Source: an uncultured virus (IMG/VR IMGVR_UViG_3300005265_000028)
Taxonomy: Duplodnaviria > Heunggongvirae > Uroviricota > Caudoviricetes
DNA: 64,000 bases
Reading direction: 5' to 3' (one strand)
Virus record (IMG/VR): IMGVR_UViG_3300005265_000028
Part shown: one piece after another, positions 20,801 through 29,733 of the stretch
How the letters are laid out: every line of letters starts with the position of its first letter
How positions within the stretch are numbered: the stretch's first letter is position 1
Program-made: the position numbers and the translations under genes
Notes under the pieces: model-generated
What the model was told of the DNA's origin: nothing
What the model saw: only the letters and a program-made list of their open reading frames with translations
Database searches by the model: none

Positions 20801-21466
20801 AACAATTATAACACGAAGTTGCACCTTGAGTTCAGAGATGTAACTGTTAACGCTTTGTATCACGAAGGGGCTCTTGTCAGTAATTCGATGTATACAGTTG
20901 ATGATAACACCATAGTGCTCAACAATAACGCACCTGGCGTCGAGTATGTTGCGCAGGATAACGAATACGTTATATACGACTATACGAGCTATGAAGTTGA
21001 GTACACTCTTAATCATTCGTTTTACATATCGAATGACGCTGTATACTTCGATGCGTATTACCAAGAAGGTGTTATCTATTACGAACGTTCAGCTGATTCT
21101 CTGTTCAATACAGGCCTATCGATGCATCCAGCTAATAACCCGTATACACGCAAGTTCGTATATGCTGATATATACGAACCATCAGCTGAAATGATAGAAT
21201 GCTGGTGCACACCGACACAGATACGTAATAACAGTAATATGCCAGTTGTGTGCGTATGCGCTGTTACAGACAAACACGGCACGCCAGTGTCAGGTTGTTC
21301 TGTCCAGTGGTTATCGACTGATGGTCAGTCATATACTGTTACTACTGACCAGTATGGCAGAGGCACATGGTTCTTTATGCCTAATAGTCACGCTGGTAAT
21401 TACGTACATATAACCGCAAAGATAAGTAACGATTTATTGGATAGTTGCAAAGTATATATTTATTAA
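17831..21466 (+). CDS. Large baseplate wedge/tail protein with VxxNG repeats and C-terminal Ig-like domain
   Basis: WNRLDSYALL...ER...END.EFKERI wedge motif; repeats VRVFRNGLL and VMVYVNGG; C-terminal VTDKHGTPVSG...TTDQYG. Confidence 0.6.
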   Translation: MILYSKDDNILSQLTQRMADTLGSFMAAVTNSITAKFITSASAGSNWQKFINPFALELDESAELCVDAVKFPLFAMNKLSHVYTLSIPADIDDITDVASVTVSGDTTMMKSSYIWDFIYGYPLVVSHTVTAVTDTVLVGNRIAYDLNGGYMLNYVTVNGIERDDYIVTYSAGYQAIKFTSNLNINDVVVISYRTDNTFYYDKDNYTLYIRGHIDDTVDTFYQSDTGQWYPDTPVIGHDGYKPVSHHIWNRLDSYALLSNTERKSDENDSEFKERIIDAYLYRPSQNITGIRNVLAQKLGLIQHTTWPTDTIDITLDNIWPDSVRIDYKPLRMYSFEFDGVVVPSNVNNNSVRVFRNGLLLRADEDYTFDGYTVSFTRPLKPLENVVIDYLLQDDTYPTYVLYKVPNTQIDGVNRLFNLPHQQVIGKTQVYHNLLRKVNNADYIEHDGSIEFISTPTNTDNIFLVYYIRDNHINNGYRFERYIPTEPIDGVNTTFTIPEAANTVMVYVNGGYKHINDDYTMPNSSTVVLHLAPEVGSTVEIDYYVHNDKTQGGCGYEQLSFMLRPDGSIEWHIGTLMPSEHYAELSVSLKYLHEDESTFDDVYMTASVRTSSLYATGPIWFNTRSYIKQDVSMLGGETIAKRITLEPTNNGYVSAETREPNELYGYVPYHPVIDTRYEYYNTRDLDDKYIRYNDNIVYVFKVRNTGNIRAEDVICNIYVPQRFELIDNGGGSFSLHCHSPAGKRHDVRYIRTSRWSADTAESINIYHLWDEYYQTRLLMQDGTPTNQLIEFVNTLNDITLHLWSNGKWDVSLWETMRRIYGDVISFVTYNTYTSKHELEAADSRNNSYSYLPHYWDPDIRCYQTTERQELGNIPRRMDFVSGIGFDNDLELSVDDELEYFNDTAINSYKIKLKPGVFYLNDIEGYQYAAIGLVSFDTTNPLGASNDIAIPADSTEIRCIVVDANELYACRYTEFYDSSNNRTHTKYEVLRGNNYNTKLHLEFRDVTVNALYHEGALVSNSMYTVDDNTIVLNNNAPGVEYVAQDNEYVIYDYTSYEVEYTLNHSFYISNDAVYFDAYYQEGVIYYERSADSLFNTGLSMHPANNPYTRKFVYADIYEPSAEMIECWCTPTQIRNNSNMPVVCVCAVTDKHGTPVSGCSVQWLSTDGQSYTVTTDQYGRGTWFFMPNSHAGNYVHITAKISNDLLDSCKVYIY

Positions 21467-21480
21467 CAGGAGTGATACAA

Positions 21481-24348
21481 ATGTTCCCTAACGATATAGA
21501 AACATTCGGTCCGTATATCGACGGTCAGATCCATTGGGCTGCGCATCAACAGGAGCTCGGTGATGCTATAACACGTATTATGACATTCATTGGCACCAAT
21601 GGAGCGAACGGGCCATTCGTACCAATGCCTGATACTACCACACAGATACCGGCGCCGGTATGGAACACGGTTACAGCGGGCGCTAGGGTTGATGGCACAT
21701 TAGTCGTATATCTGTCGTGGTACATCGTGTCAGATACACGTGCGGTCAGATACATAATAGAACGTGCCGTTACTGATACCAGCCAATCGACAGCGCCGTC
21801 AACCGGGTGGGAACGTGTGCCGGCTGGCGGGATAGCCGGGCGCACTACTGATGAGTACATAGACAGCCAATCGATAAACTCTGGCTATAAGTATTGGTAT
21901 AGGATAGCAGCAGCTGATGTGTTAGGGAACACAGGTGTGTTCAGTTCGACTATAAGCGTTGAACCAGATAACACCATAGTATTCGGTGATCCTGATCAGC
22001 TGACATCTCTATACGTATATCTTGATGCCAAGCAGGAACCGATTGCGCGTTGGACTTTTAATACATTCAACCAATCGAATAACTATTATCAAGCAACTGA
22101 AATAGTCGTATCAGCATCTACCGATCCAGCTGATACTGGCGCTCAGTACTACAAGAGCACAGATATAGCATACCCTGTTAATAAATTGCATATATACGAA
22201 TTATACGATTTCTCAGCTAACCCGCCTGATGATAAGTTCAATATAGATGATACTATATATGTGCACGCACGAACACGTAACATATTCGGTAACGTGAGTG
22301 GTTGGATATCTGCTTCGTTCAAGATAGAAGATTTACTGAACAACTATACCACATACCAATGGGAAGGCTGGAATAACTTCAAGGTGTTAGTTGAGAACCA
22401 TTTCTATCTCGGCGGTTCCAGTTACACATTCGATCCAAAGGATTTCGCAGCTGATGTGGATGATCTCCAGTACATAGGGTATAATATAGCAGCTGGCACT
22501 ATCCAGACACATGCATTAGCTGTCGGTAGCGGGCATCGTAACTTCGATATTATTGGCGTAGATTTCATACAGAACGATTCGCTCGGCGCTGATACTGACG
22601 ATAACGGTTGGTTACGTGTAGTAACAACGAAAGCTAACCCCATTATTCAGCTGATACATGGTACTTCTAAAGAAGACCCTGGTGAGATATACACATGGGT
22701 TGTTAACAAGTTTGAAGGTGATTCATTTGGCACACATCCAAATACGACCGGTATTGCACACGAATACGCAGCTAACAGTTTACCTTATTACGTGTATTTC
22801 AAATGTTCTAAAACAGATAATACAGATTGCGATATTGTGCTTAGCACTGACAGGCTTGCTCCAGACGGTGCAGACCATAGCACACCTAATCAGTACTATT
22901 GGTTCATGGCCGGGATATGGGATGTAGACACAGATGAGCCTGGTCGGTTGGGGTTATCATATGGGTTCACATTCATAGATGGTAACCATATAACCACTGG
23001 TATAATAGATGCTAACAAAGTGAATATCCATGGTGCGGGCGGCGATGTCGTGATAGACGGCTCTAATATAAAGATAACGAACGGCTCAATGTTATTCGAG
23101 ACAGCTGATCCAAGTTCAGCTGATAGAGTCTGGATAGACGACGATGGGATACACGGCACACGGAACGATGGTTCGTTTTTCCATCTGACATCGAGCGCTG
23201 GGTTCAGCATGCAAACCGGTAGCGGCAAGCCAGTACACATAGATACTAACGGTATATGGACTGGTACCTCATATAATAATGATTCCATCTGGATAAGAGA
23301 TCAACGTATAAGTGTTTATGATACATCCAGCGCACACCATACCACATTCGGTCGATACGATGCTGGCAAATACGGCATTCTAGCGGGTCTCAGTCCATCA
23401 GCGTTCCCAAGAGTAGAGTTAAACGAATACGGTATATCCTGCTGGAACGCTAATGGCGATCTGTTGTTCTCAACAGCTGGTGATGGAACATTCAACGATA
23501 ATCTGGTCGGTACCGCTAATATATCACGTCGTGTCGCATTAGATCCTGATGTTAATAATCCCGACTATTTCATGCAGTTCTGGGGCACCGATGGCAGTCA
23601 TCGTAAGTTACAAGTAGTCGAACCAGACGGTGGCGGCGGCTACAATCTGGTTGGCGACTACATAATGGTTAACCGTTGCCATTGGGCGGATCACTTAGGG
23701 CCGGATGGATACAATACGAGTCAGCTGACAAACCAGGCGTTCAGAACGATACATCCGAGCTCTGGTAGCGATGTTGTTGCAGACCAACGGCATGACACTC
23801 TGAATATCTCAGGTGCTAACGGTATAGTAGTTAGCGGTAACGCTGGTTCTGATACTATCACGATAGATGGCGCTAATATCACACGTTATGCGTTCAGAAC
23901 GATACACCCGAGTTCAGGTAACGATGTGGTTGCTGATAGTAACCACGATACATTAACTATCAATGGGACTGGTGGTATTACTGTTACTGGCAATGCTGGT
24001 AGTGATACTATTACTATAGATGGCAGTGGAGTAGGCTCTACTAGTGGTTCAAGAGTGAGAACCGTTATAAAAGGGCCGTATTACGATGGCACAACTAGCG
24101 ATGGCCATACGTTCACAGGACTTGGAGCATATAATGATGTGCATATTGCCTATGCAGCTTATGAATATCAATCTGGTAGCGGTAGCACTAACTATACCGG
24201 TCATTCATGGAAAGTTTATACAACCAGCTATGATACGAGTCAGAGCGCTTCTGGGATATTCACAATAAACTACAATGTTGAGATACATAACCCATTGCCA
24301 GCCAGTCCGCATCATTTCAAATTCTATATCATAGTATCAGTATGGTAA
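21481..24348 (+). CDS. Tail fibre / receptor-binding protein with FnIII-like domains
   Basis: YKYWYRIAAADVLGN (FnIII-like); IDGNHITTGIIDAN fibre motif; Gly-rich beta repeats; AGGAG RBS before ATG 21481. Confidence 0.7.
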   Translation: MFPNDIETFGPYIDGQIHWAAHQQELGDAITRIMTFIGTNGANGPFVPMPDTTTQIPAPVWNTVTAGARVDGTLVVYLSWYIVSDTRAVRYIIERAVTDTSQSTAPSTGWERVPAGGIAGRTTDEYIDSQSINSGYKYWYRIAAADVLGNTGVFSSTISVEPDNTIVFGDPDQLTSLYVYLDAKQEPIARWTFNTFNQSNNYYQATEIVVSASTDPADTGAQYYKSTDIAYPVNKLHIYELYDFSANPPDDKFNIDDTIYVHARTRNIFGNVSGWISASFKIEDLLNNYTTYQWEGWNNFKVLVENHFYLGGSSYTFDPKDFAADVDDLQYIGYNIAAGTIQTHALAVGSGHRNFDIIGVDFIQNDSLGADTDDNGWLRVVTTKANPIIQLIHGTSKEDPGEIYTWVVNKFEGDSFGTHPNTTGIAHEYAANSLPYYVYFKCSKTDNTDCDIVLSTDRLAPDGADHSTPNQYYWFMAGIWDVDTDEPGRLGLSYGFTFIDGNHITTGIIDANKVNIHGAGGDVVIDGSNIKITNGSMLFETADPSSADRVWIDDDGIHGTRNDGSFFHLTSSAGFSMQTGSGKPVHIDTNGIWTGTSYNNDSIWIRDQRISVYDTSSAHHTTFGRYDAGKYGILAGLSPSAFPRVELNEYGISCWNANGDLLFSTAGDGTFNDNLVGTANISRRVALDPDVNNPDYFMQFWGTDGSHRKLQVVEPDGGGGYNLVGDYIMVNRCHWADHLGPDGYNTSQLTNQAFRTIHPSSGSDVVADQRHDTLNISGANGIVVSGNAGSDTITIDGANITRYAFRTIHPSSGNDVVADSNHDTLTINGTGGITVTGNAGSDTITIDGSGVGSTSGSRVRTVIKGPYYDGTTSDGHTFTGLGAYNDVHIAYAAYEYQSGSGSTNYTGHSWKVYTTSYDTSQSASGIFTINYNVEIHNPLPASPHHFKFYIIVSVW
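23737..24023 (+). repeat. Two-copy 153-bp (51-aa) tandem repeat inside the fibre gene
   Basis: AFRTIHPSSGxDVVADxxHDTLxIxGxxGIxVxGNAGSDTITIDG starts at 23737 and again at 23890. Confidence 0.9.
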
Positions 24349-24369
24349 AGAAAGGTTCGGTGAACACGA

Positions 24370-25032
24370 ATGGATGTTAAAGTATTATACAACGTTTTCA
24401 CAGGTCATATATTATATCGTTATGTATTAAAAGATAATGAAGATAGCTCCGTTAACATAAAAGATTATTTCAGGAGCAGTCTGTATGAACCAAACAAATA
24501 CGAACTGTTCCCCGGCTCTAATATATATCCGTATGATAACTCTTATGGGTTATCCTGTGATAGCTGTTCAGCGCTAGAGACCGAAGGATGTTGTAGAGCT
24601 AAATACATATCTGATATAGAAGATTTATCGTATTTCGCTAACAAATATATCGATGTAGCAACCGGCGATATCGCTGAGTTACGTGCACTCGATGTGGTGA
24701 TAAAGAATACGGACGGTTCAGCTGTATCATATGATCAGGACTATCAAGCTTATAAGCTCACGGCTAGTACTGATTACAATATTGTTATCAACGTATTGGA
24801 TCCTAATGGCAATACTGATACCAGCTGGACTAATCGTAAGCTCAAAATAGTTGTAACGAAAGGGTTCGCCGAGCCTGTTGTAACTGTAACGAACGGGACA
24901 GTTACAGTCGTTTACACCAGTTCAGCTGATAAGAGTCAAAAGGAACACATAATATGCTACGGTCCGGTTGTAGGTCCTGATGATACGTATGTGCCGACTG
25001 CACAGTTCGTTCTGGATATTGCTATAACTTAG
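24370..25032 (+). CDS. Hypothetical fibre-associated protein with Ig-like C-terminus
   Basis: 220 aa, directly after the fibre gene; VLDPNGN..., VTVTNGTVTV. Confidence 0.5.
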   Translation: MDVKVLYNVFTGHILYRYVLKDNEDSSVNIKDYFRSSLYEPNKYELFPGSNIYPYDNSYGLSCDSCSALETEGCCRAKYISDIEDLSYFANKYIDVATGDIAELRALDVVIKNTDGSAVSYDQDYQAYKLTASTDYNIVINVLDPNGNTDTSWTNRKLKIVVTKGFAEPVVTVTNGTVTVVYTSSADKSQKEHIICYGPVVGPDDTYVPTAQFVLDIAIT

Positions 25033-25049
25033 TATAGGAGAAACATGAT

Positions 25050-26780
25050 ATGTCTGTATACGGATTACCAACATACGGCGATATGGTTTATGGCTATGAT
25101 GGCATAGATACCACGTGGCCGACTCTGAGGTATTACATAGGCGATTATGTGCCAGCACATTCGATAAACCTGGCGTATGTGCATGTGCCAGAGATAAGAG
25201 CAGCTGATAACGTGAGACTCATACATTACATAGATACATCGTTGATACATAGCGTTAAAGAGAAGTTCGTTATGTATTCAGACGGCGTTGGTCATATCCA
25301 GCAGTTCGAGTCAGATAACGATTACATAATATTCACAGATAAATATGATGTGCCTGAACAGACTGTCCGGATGCATTCGGATAACGAGTATTATCTGTTA
25401 CGACATGCGCTCTGGTATCGTCATAAGCTGAGGAGCTATGTCGCAGGGCCAGTTGGCTTGGCTACTGGCGAATGGTTCGATGGCAATATCAAGCTAGTGT
25501 TACCGGGCACTGACAGTATACCGGATGGTTATTGCTGGCGAATCAATATAGACGCTGTAATAACTGATGGCGTATACGAATGTTCGGTATGGACTAATTT
25601 TCAGAGACCTGGTTATTACATAGAATATACTGATTCTAACAGTGTATATAGGCGCGAGATGCTGTTAGCGTTCCCGACTGTGTATCAGGCAACAACAACT
25701 GGCGTGTTCAGAACATACAGCGCGATTATAAATGCTAACAACAAATACGATGTAACATGTAACGATGTGTTCGAGCCTAATTATCCCGTATGTATATATA
25801 TACCGACCTCGCATATCTTCAGGTTATTCATGCCGGCGTATAATCCTGATAGACACGCGTGGTATCTCAAGATAGGACGTGGCAACGTTATACGTAACGG
25901 ATTGTTATACAGGAACAGTATGTATTACCAGCAGAATTTCGTTAGCAACAAGTTGCCGGTTATGCGTATACTGACTGATAAGTGTCAGCTGATAAACCAT
26001 AGACAGCTGAAGGTTACACATACACCGGTATACATGTGCCCTGATACAGCTGATAGTTTCGGTATAAAGGTATATGTATCGAACGATCGTAGCGGTAGCA
26101 CTTATACGACGTATAGCACTAAGCCAATCGGTACAGAAGATGCAGCGGAGATAGTTGATATCGATTGTATAAACGGGATAATAACATTGCCTGATAACTC
26201 TATAAGAGAGGACTCCATAGTATCAGCTGATTATTACATATGGGAGCTATACCACAGTTATACCGGCTACAACAACAATATCGATATATACAGATACATA
26301 GATTTCAACCCTAACTATAACCATTACACGGTATATACAGCTGATAGCCAGACTTACGGTAGCTCCAAGTATCTAATCGATAAGGATATACATATATGGT
26401 TGAATAATAATAATATATCTGATCAGAACATATATCATACATTCACATCGTCCCATAACGAACAGCATGTGACATCAAACTCTGACACTATGCTGATCGG
26501 TGTAGTCAACGTTTCAGGTGCTACTAAACAGCCTGTTGTATTCGATGCACGCAGACGTGGTGGCGGTATAAAAAGAAGCATTAAACCGAACCACGTAAGT
26601 GAGCAGTACTGGGATATATCGTACTGGGAAGGTATACCGTACCAAAGTAATGGCGCATATGTTGTTGACATCAATACAACTAAACAATATACTAAAAAAT
26701 ACATAAAAAGTATAACAGACGAGTATGGTGCAGCTGGCACCATGGCTTTGTTAACAAACAGGACTGGTAGTGATGTCTAA
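25050..26780 (+). CDS. Virion structural protein (baseplate/tail-associated)
   Basis: 576 aa, AGGAG RBS, Tyr/Asn-rich like its neighbours; FDARRRGGG...WDI motif. Confidence 0.55.
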   Translation: MSVYGLPTYGDMVYGYDGIDTTWPTLRYYIGDYVPAHSINLAYVHVPEIRAADNVRLIHYIDTSLIHSVKEKFVMYSDGVGHIQQFESDNDYIIFTDKYDVPEQTVRMHSDNEYYLLRHALWYRHKLRSYVAGPVGLATGEWFDGNIKLVLPGTDSIPDGYCWRINIDAVITDGVYECSVWTNFQRPGYYIEYTDSNSVYRREMLLAFPTVYQATTTGVFRTYSAIINANNKYDVTCNDVFEPNYPVCIYIPTSHIFRLFMPAYNPDRHAWYLKIGRGNVIRNGLLYRNSMYYQQNFVSNKLPVMRILTDKCQLINHRQLKVTHTPVYMCPDTADSFGIKVYVSNDRSGSTYTTYSTKPIGTEDAAEIVDIDCINGIITLPDNSIREDSIVSADYYIWELYHSYTGYNNNIDIYRYIDFNPNYNHYTVYTADSQTYGSSKYLIDKDIHIWLNNNNISDQNIYHTFTSSHNEQHVTSNSDTMLIGVVNVSGATKQPVVFDARRRGGGIKRSIKPNHVSEQYWDISYWEGIPYQSNGAYVVDINTTKQYTKKYIKSITDEYGAAGTMALLTNRTGSDV

Positions 26781-29732
26781 ATGCGTAGATATATAGATAA
26801 ATACTTAAGTATTATAGAGCCGATACAGAGTTATATATATAGCAGTTTCATATCAGATGAAACTGCTAATAATATTACTATGGCAAATAATATAGGTAGT
26901 AAAACATTCAAGCCGTATTACATAAACATGAGGGATGCTAATAATTGTAACGCTGTATTGAGCTCATATGCGTTTAACGATATGCAACGTAGCTTCATAG
27001 CTGATATAAGCGCTCTGTATTCGGTAGCTAACTATTGCGATTTGCTCATGAGACGTAACAAACAAATATCGGTATCAGAGATAGAAACGATAAATAATAA
27101 TATAGATAATGCCAACAGAGCGATAGAGAGACGCAAGTTCATAGTTACACGTGATATCCTGGGGTTCACTGAAGTATGGTACGACACGTTCAGGACTAAC
27201 GAGTTCATACTACCTAAGAACGATCCGTTATATAACGGATATGAATACTCGCACGATCAGCGTAACCACAGGGTAACTGTGAGTAATCGTAACATATACA
27301 GATACAACAATAACAGTATAGCTGATATACGTATAACAGACAGACGTGGCGTAACAATCGGCCCATCGAATAAGATACATACGATAGATTACGCTATAGA
27401 CGATTCAGATGATACGTATTGGTCTGAAGTCATATTATCAGATGATCGGCTAGCTATACCTTATAAGTACACGAATAACGATGAGATAGACCGTAGCGCT
27501 GTGGTAGCGTTACGTATAGAGTTCAAGGGTATGAAGTATATCAATGAGATACGGCTGAAACCGTTCAGCTGTTACCCGATATATGTGCTCGGTATCTATG
27601 CGGTCGTAACAACTAACGGTAGCGATACTATAACACGTTACATAGTATCTAACAACCAGAGTGTTGACTACTATGTGCACGAACCACGATACATAGATGG
27701 CAGCCATTCGTTCTTCTTCGCGCCATGTGGTGCGACTGCTGTTGTTATAGTATTAGCGCAACCGCATTACACTAAATCGTATTTCAGGCTCAGAAGCGGG
27801 AAACGAAAAAACTACGAAATATTTAACACAATATATAACACCACCAGTATATTGGGTATGCTGGACTACTCTGAATTCGATACTGATGCTGATATCGCGA
27901 AGACATCAGCTAATATAGTCAAAAGTATGGTTAACGAGTTACCGAGTGTTAATACCGGTTTCGTATCGATAGAGAATAAACAGAAATACGAACATTACAG
28001 CAAATACGAGTACATATTCGGCGCTTACGATATATCATTGAAATATAACGAATACGAAGATATAGGTGTAATCATATCTAAACCTATAAAGACAACAGCT
28101 GCACCTGGACAGATAGCAATATATAGCGATAATTCAACGATAAACGAATACGGCACAATAGAATATTCGATAATAATAAATAATAACGAATACCCAATCG
28201 TTCCTATTAACTGGAACGTTGTATACGAGAAATGTGATAGTGAACGAATATCAGCTGATAAGTATTACACCAGGTTCGTTGATGGCTTGGGCGCTACCTA
28301 TGGGTTGTTACATGTTATAGAACGTGACAGCATATCAAGGTATCAGCTGCCTGTTGCATATGATAGTAACGGTGCATTCGTTGATCTGTCAGCTGTAACA
28401 ACATCAGATAACATGGTGTTACAGTATCCGTATCTACCGACTGGTAATGCCAGTATAACACAGGGTAACGGGTATCACAGCAAATATCTTGATGTGTTAC
28501 ATAATAATATTGGGATTGAGCCATGCGCTGTCACTGTTACGATAGATAAGTTCAATACCTCTGATAACTCTATAGTTATACCAGACGTGCCGTTCGTCGA
28601 TCTTAGATTAATAGCATCGAATAATTATGATGTACATAAGAACTATAACTCAGATGAATACGTACCGATTGTAGTAACTATACGCAACCACAAAGTCGAA
28701 TACTATAACGGTATTGATGGCAACATATCATCAACTGACACTATAAGCCAATTCATAACTGACACGTCGGTATTGGACAGGCCATATACGTTCAATGTAA
28801 CTGACTACAGAACTAATCAGCTGACATATATGCAACAGTTCGAGCCTATAGGATATAACGATAATAACGAGCTGACTGTTGGTGATAACTATTACATAGA
28901 GTATCAGGTGTTAGGTAACAAGATATATTTCAATACCAACCTGTCCGGCGCCAGTATAGATGTAACGTATTACAAGATACCGTCTGAGTTCCATATCAAA
29001 GCGCGTATATTATCAACCATACCGGGACGTGTTGATAACCCACCGTTCATTAATGGTTACGCGTGTCTCATCAATTATGCTAACCAGAATATATCAGCTG
29101 ATACTAATGAAGATACAGCATATGTTGCGTCCAGTGATCCGTATGGCTGTAACTTCACGATACGTCAGGACTACGGGTATCTGCATTACAGCGATGATTA
29201 CGTAGATGTGCCACTTACAACTCTTAACGATCCGAACGATATAGTGGTACCGCAAGTCAGGCGGTTCTATATATACAACACAGGCGTGATACGTTCACGT
29301 TACAAGCTGTTCATCCGTTGTTCTGCGATCAAACATATAGACCCGGCTAATGACATGGCATGGTTACTCGCTGTCACTGGTATGGGGTTATCGACTGGCT
29401 TGACCGCATCAGGTGGACACGGTACAGATGATATATACACAACAGACAATAGCGCTATATGGAACGCTAATATACAGGTGTTCCCGAATAGTGTTGATTG
29501 GTTCGTTGTTACTTTGGATGATACATATATAGAACCTTATAGTATTAACTATTACGATATATCGATCAAACCGATATCACCTAACCATACGAGTCAGCTG
29601 AATGAAACAAAACTTTATGTCGAGACATTCGTAGAAGCTATCGATGATAAAGGGTTATATGATCAGAACGGTGTATTACACAAATGCAGACGTCAAGGTA
29701 CACCGTATTACGTGGCTTATAGAGGAGTCTGA
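26781..29732 (+). CDS. Virion structural protein, paralogue family with discoidin-like AIDxxxDTYW motif
   Basis: 983 aa; YAIDDSDDTYWSEVI; YEYIFGAYDISLKY. Confidence 0.55.
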   Translation: MRRYIDKYLSIIEPIQSYIYSSFISDETANNITMANNIGSKTFKPYYINMRDANNCNAVLSSYAFNDMQRSFIADISALYSVANYCDLLMRRNKQISVSEIETINNNIDNANRAIERRKFIVTRDILGFTEVWYDTFRTNEFILPKNDPLYNGYEYSHDQRNHRVTVSNRNIYRYNNNSIADIRITDRRGVTIGPSNKIHTIDYAIDDSDDTYWSEVILSDDRLAIPYKYTNNDEIDRSAVVALRIEFKGMKYINEIRLKPFSCYPIYVLGIYAVVTTNGSDTITRYIVSNNQSVDYYVHEPRYIDGSHSFFFAPCGATAVVIVLAQPHYTKSYFRLRSGKRKNYEIFNTIYNTTSILGMLDYSEFDTDADIAKTSANIVKSMVNELPSVNTGFVSIENKQKYEHYSKYEYIFGAYDISLKYNEYEDIGVIISKPIKTTAAPGQIAIYSDNSTINEYGTIEYSIIINNNEYPIVPINWNVVYEKCDSERISADKYYTRFVDGLGATYGLLHVIERDSISRYQLPVAYDSNGAFVDLSAVTTSDNMVLQYPYLPTGNASITQGNGYHSKYLDVLHNNIGIEPCAVTVTIDKFNTSDNSIVIPDVPFVDLRLIASNNYDVHKNYNSDEYVPIVVTIRNHKVEYYNGIDGNISSTDTISQFITDTSVLDRPYTFNVTDYRTNQLTYMQQFEPIGYNDNNELTVGDNYYIEYQVLGNKIYFNTNLSGASIDVTYYKIPSEFHIKARILSTIPGRVDNPPFINGYACLINYANQNISADTNEDTAYVASSDPYGCNFTIRQDYGYLHYSDDYVDVPLTTLNDPNDIVVPQVRRFYIYNTGVIRSRYKLFIRCSAIKHIDPANDMAWLLAVTGMGLSTGLTASGGHGTDDIYTTDNSAIWNANIQVFPNSVDWFVVTLDDTYIEPYSINYYDISIKPISPNHTSQLNETKLYVETFVEAIDDKGLYDQNGVLHKCRRQGTPYYVAYRGV

Positions 29733-29733
29733 A

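Noticed and set aside
21481..24348. Diversity-generating retroelement or invertible fibre cassette
   Set aside because: No reverse transcriptase or invertase in the window; the repeat copies are in-frame and do not differ specifically at adenines.
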